Notes under the pieces: generated by a model
Told to the model about the DNA's origin: nothing
The model's database searches: none
Seen by the model: the letters and a program-made list of their open reading frames with translations, nothing else
Translations under genes and position numbers: made by a program
NCBI GenBank assembly: GCA_038845975.1
Contig: JAWBQF010000006.1
Coordinates: forward strand, 36,703 to 100,702
Source: Candidatus Methanomethylicia archaeon
GTDB lineage: Archaea > Thermoproteota > Methanomethylicia > CALHIW01
DNA: 64,000 nucleotides
Reading direction: 5' to 3'
Shown here: positions 63,686 to 64,000 of the stretch, piece after piece
How positions within the stretch are numbered: position 1 is the first letter of the stretch
Layout: each line of letters begins with the position of its first letter

Positions 63686-64000
63686 GTGAAGCTAACACAT
63701 CGGGGATTTAAAGCCCTAATCCTAACCATAACTACATTCCTCCTCAGCTTCATATTTAAGGATATATACATGTCTACAATACCATTCACAATCATCGCTA
63801 CACTACTTGTTGAAGCATTAATGTTTAGGATGGATATAGCTAGGTTAAGAAGTGAATTGATTGTGGAGCCTAGAAACCATAATGTTAAGATTATTGCTGG
63901 GGAAAGCTATAAAGTAGAACTCTATGTAAAGCCATTTAAAGCATTAGAGTTTAAAACTCCTAAATGGATAACCATCAAATCAATCGAGAAAGTTAACGAG
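63686..64000 (+). CDS. Probable DUF58-family protein, 3'-truncated by window edge
   Basis: GAGGAGGTG RBS and GTG start. MKLTHRG + 2 TMs + ...IIAGESYKVELYV. Its position after DUF4129/DUF4350 supports the call. Confidence 0.5.
   Translation, partial: MKLTHRGFKALILTITTFLLSFIFKDIYMSTIPFTIIATLLVEALMFRMDIARLRSELIVEPRNHNVKIIAGESYKVELYVKPFKALEFKTPKWITIKSIEKVNE

Noticed and set aside
1-64000. tRNA or rRNA genes
   Set aside because: No GC-rich structured segment with tRNA arms or rRNA signatures was seen. A tRNAscan-SE/Infernal run would be decisive.

Overview
AT-rich archaeal chromosomal window, most consistent with a Thermoproteota/TACK organism (inference from TATA/BRE boxes just upstream of starts, GGTGA ribosome-binding sites, a single-OB SSB, and PaREP1- and DUF1616-like genes). 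The first ~40 kb holds scattered metabolic and transport genes: a peptide ABC transporter, guaB, eno, an acyl-CoA synthetase alpha subunit, a non-pyrrolysine MttB, an MtrH-like methyltransferase, a Ni/Co ECF transporter with a NikR-type operator and lplA. These genes are separated by unusually long spacers (0.4-1.2 kb), many of which contain decayed IS903-like (IS5-family) non-autonomous elements. One such element is intact (TIRs plus target duplication) and carries a second MITE nested inside it. 40-52.7 kb is a debris island with an HsdR fragment, Zn-finger/RHH ORFs, an IS5 transposase remnant, HEPN genes and three repeat-built coiled-coil proteins. 52.8-64 kb is a compact co-oriented surface/export cluster headed by an aKMT-like methyltransferase, with an apparent moxR deletion scar. 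No rRNA, tRNA or CRISPR array was recognised. All calls come from reading motifs by eye; no database search was run.
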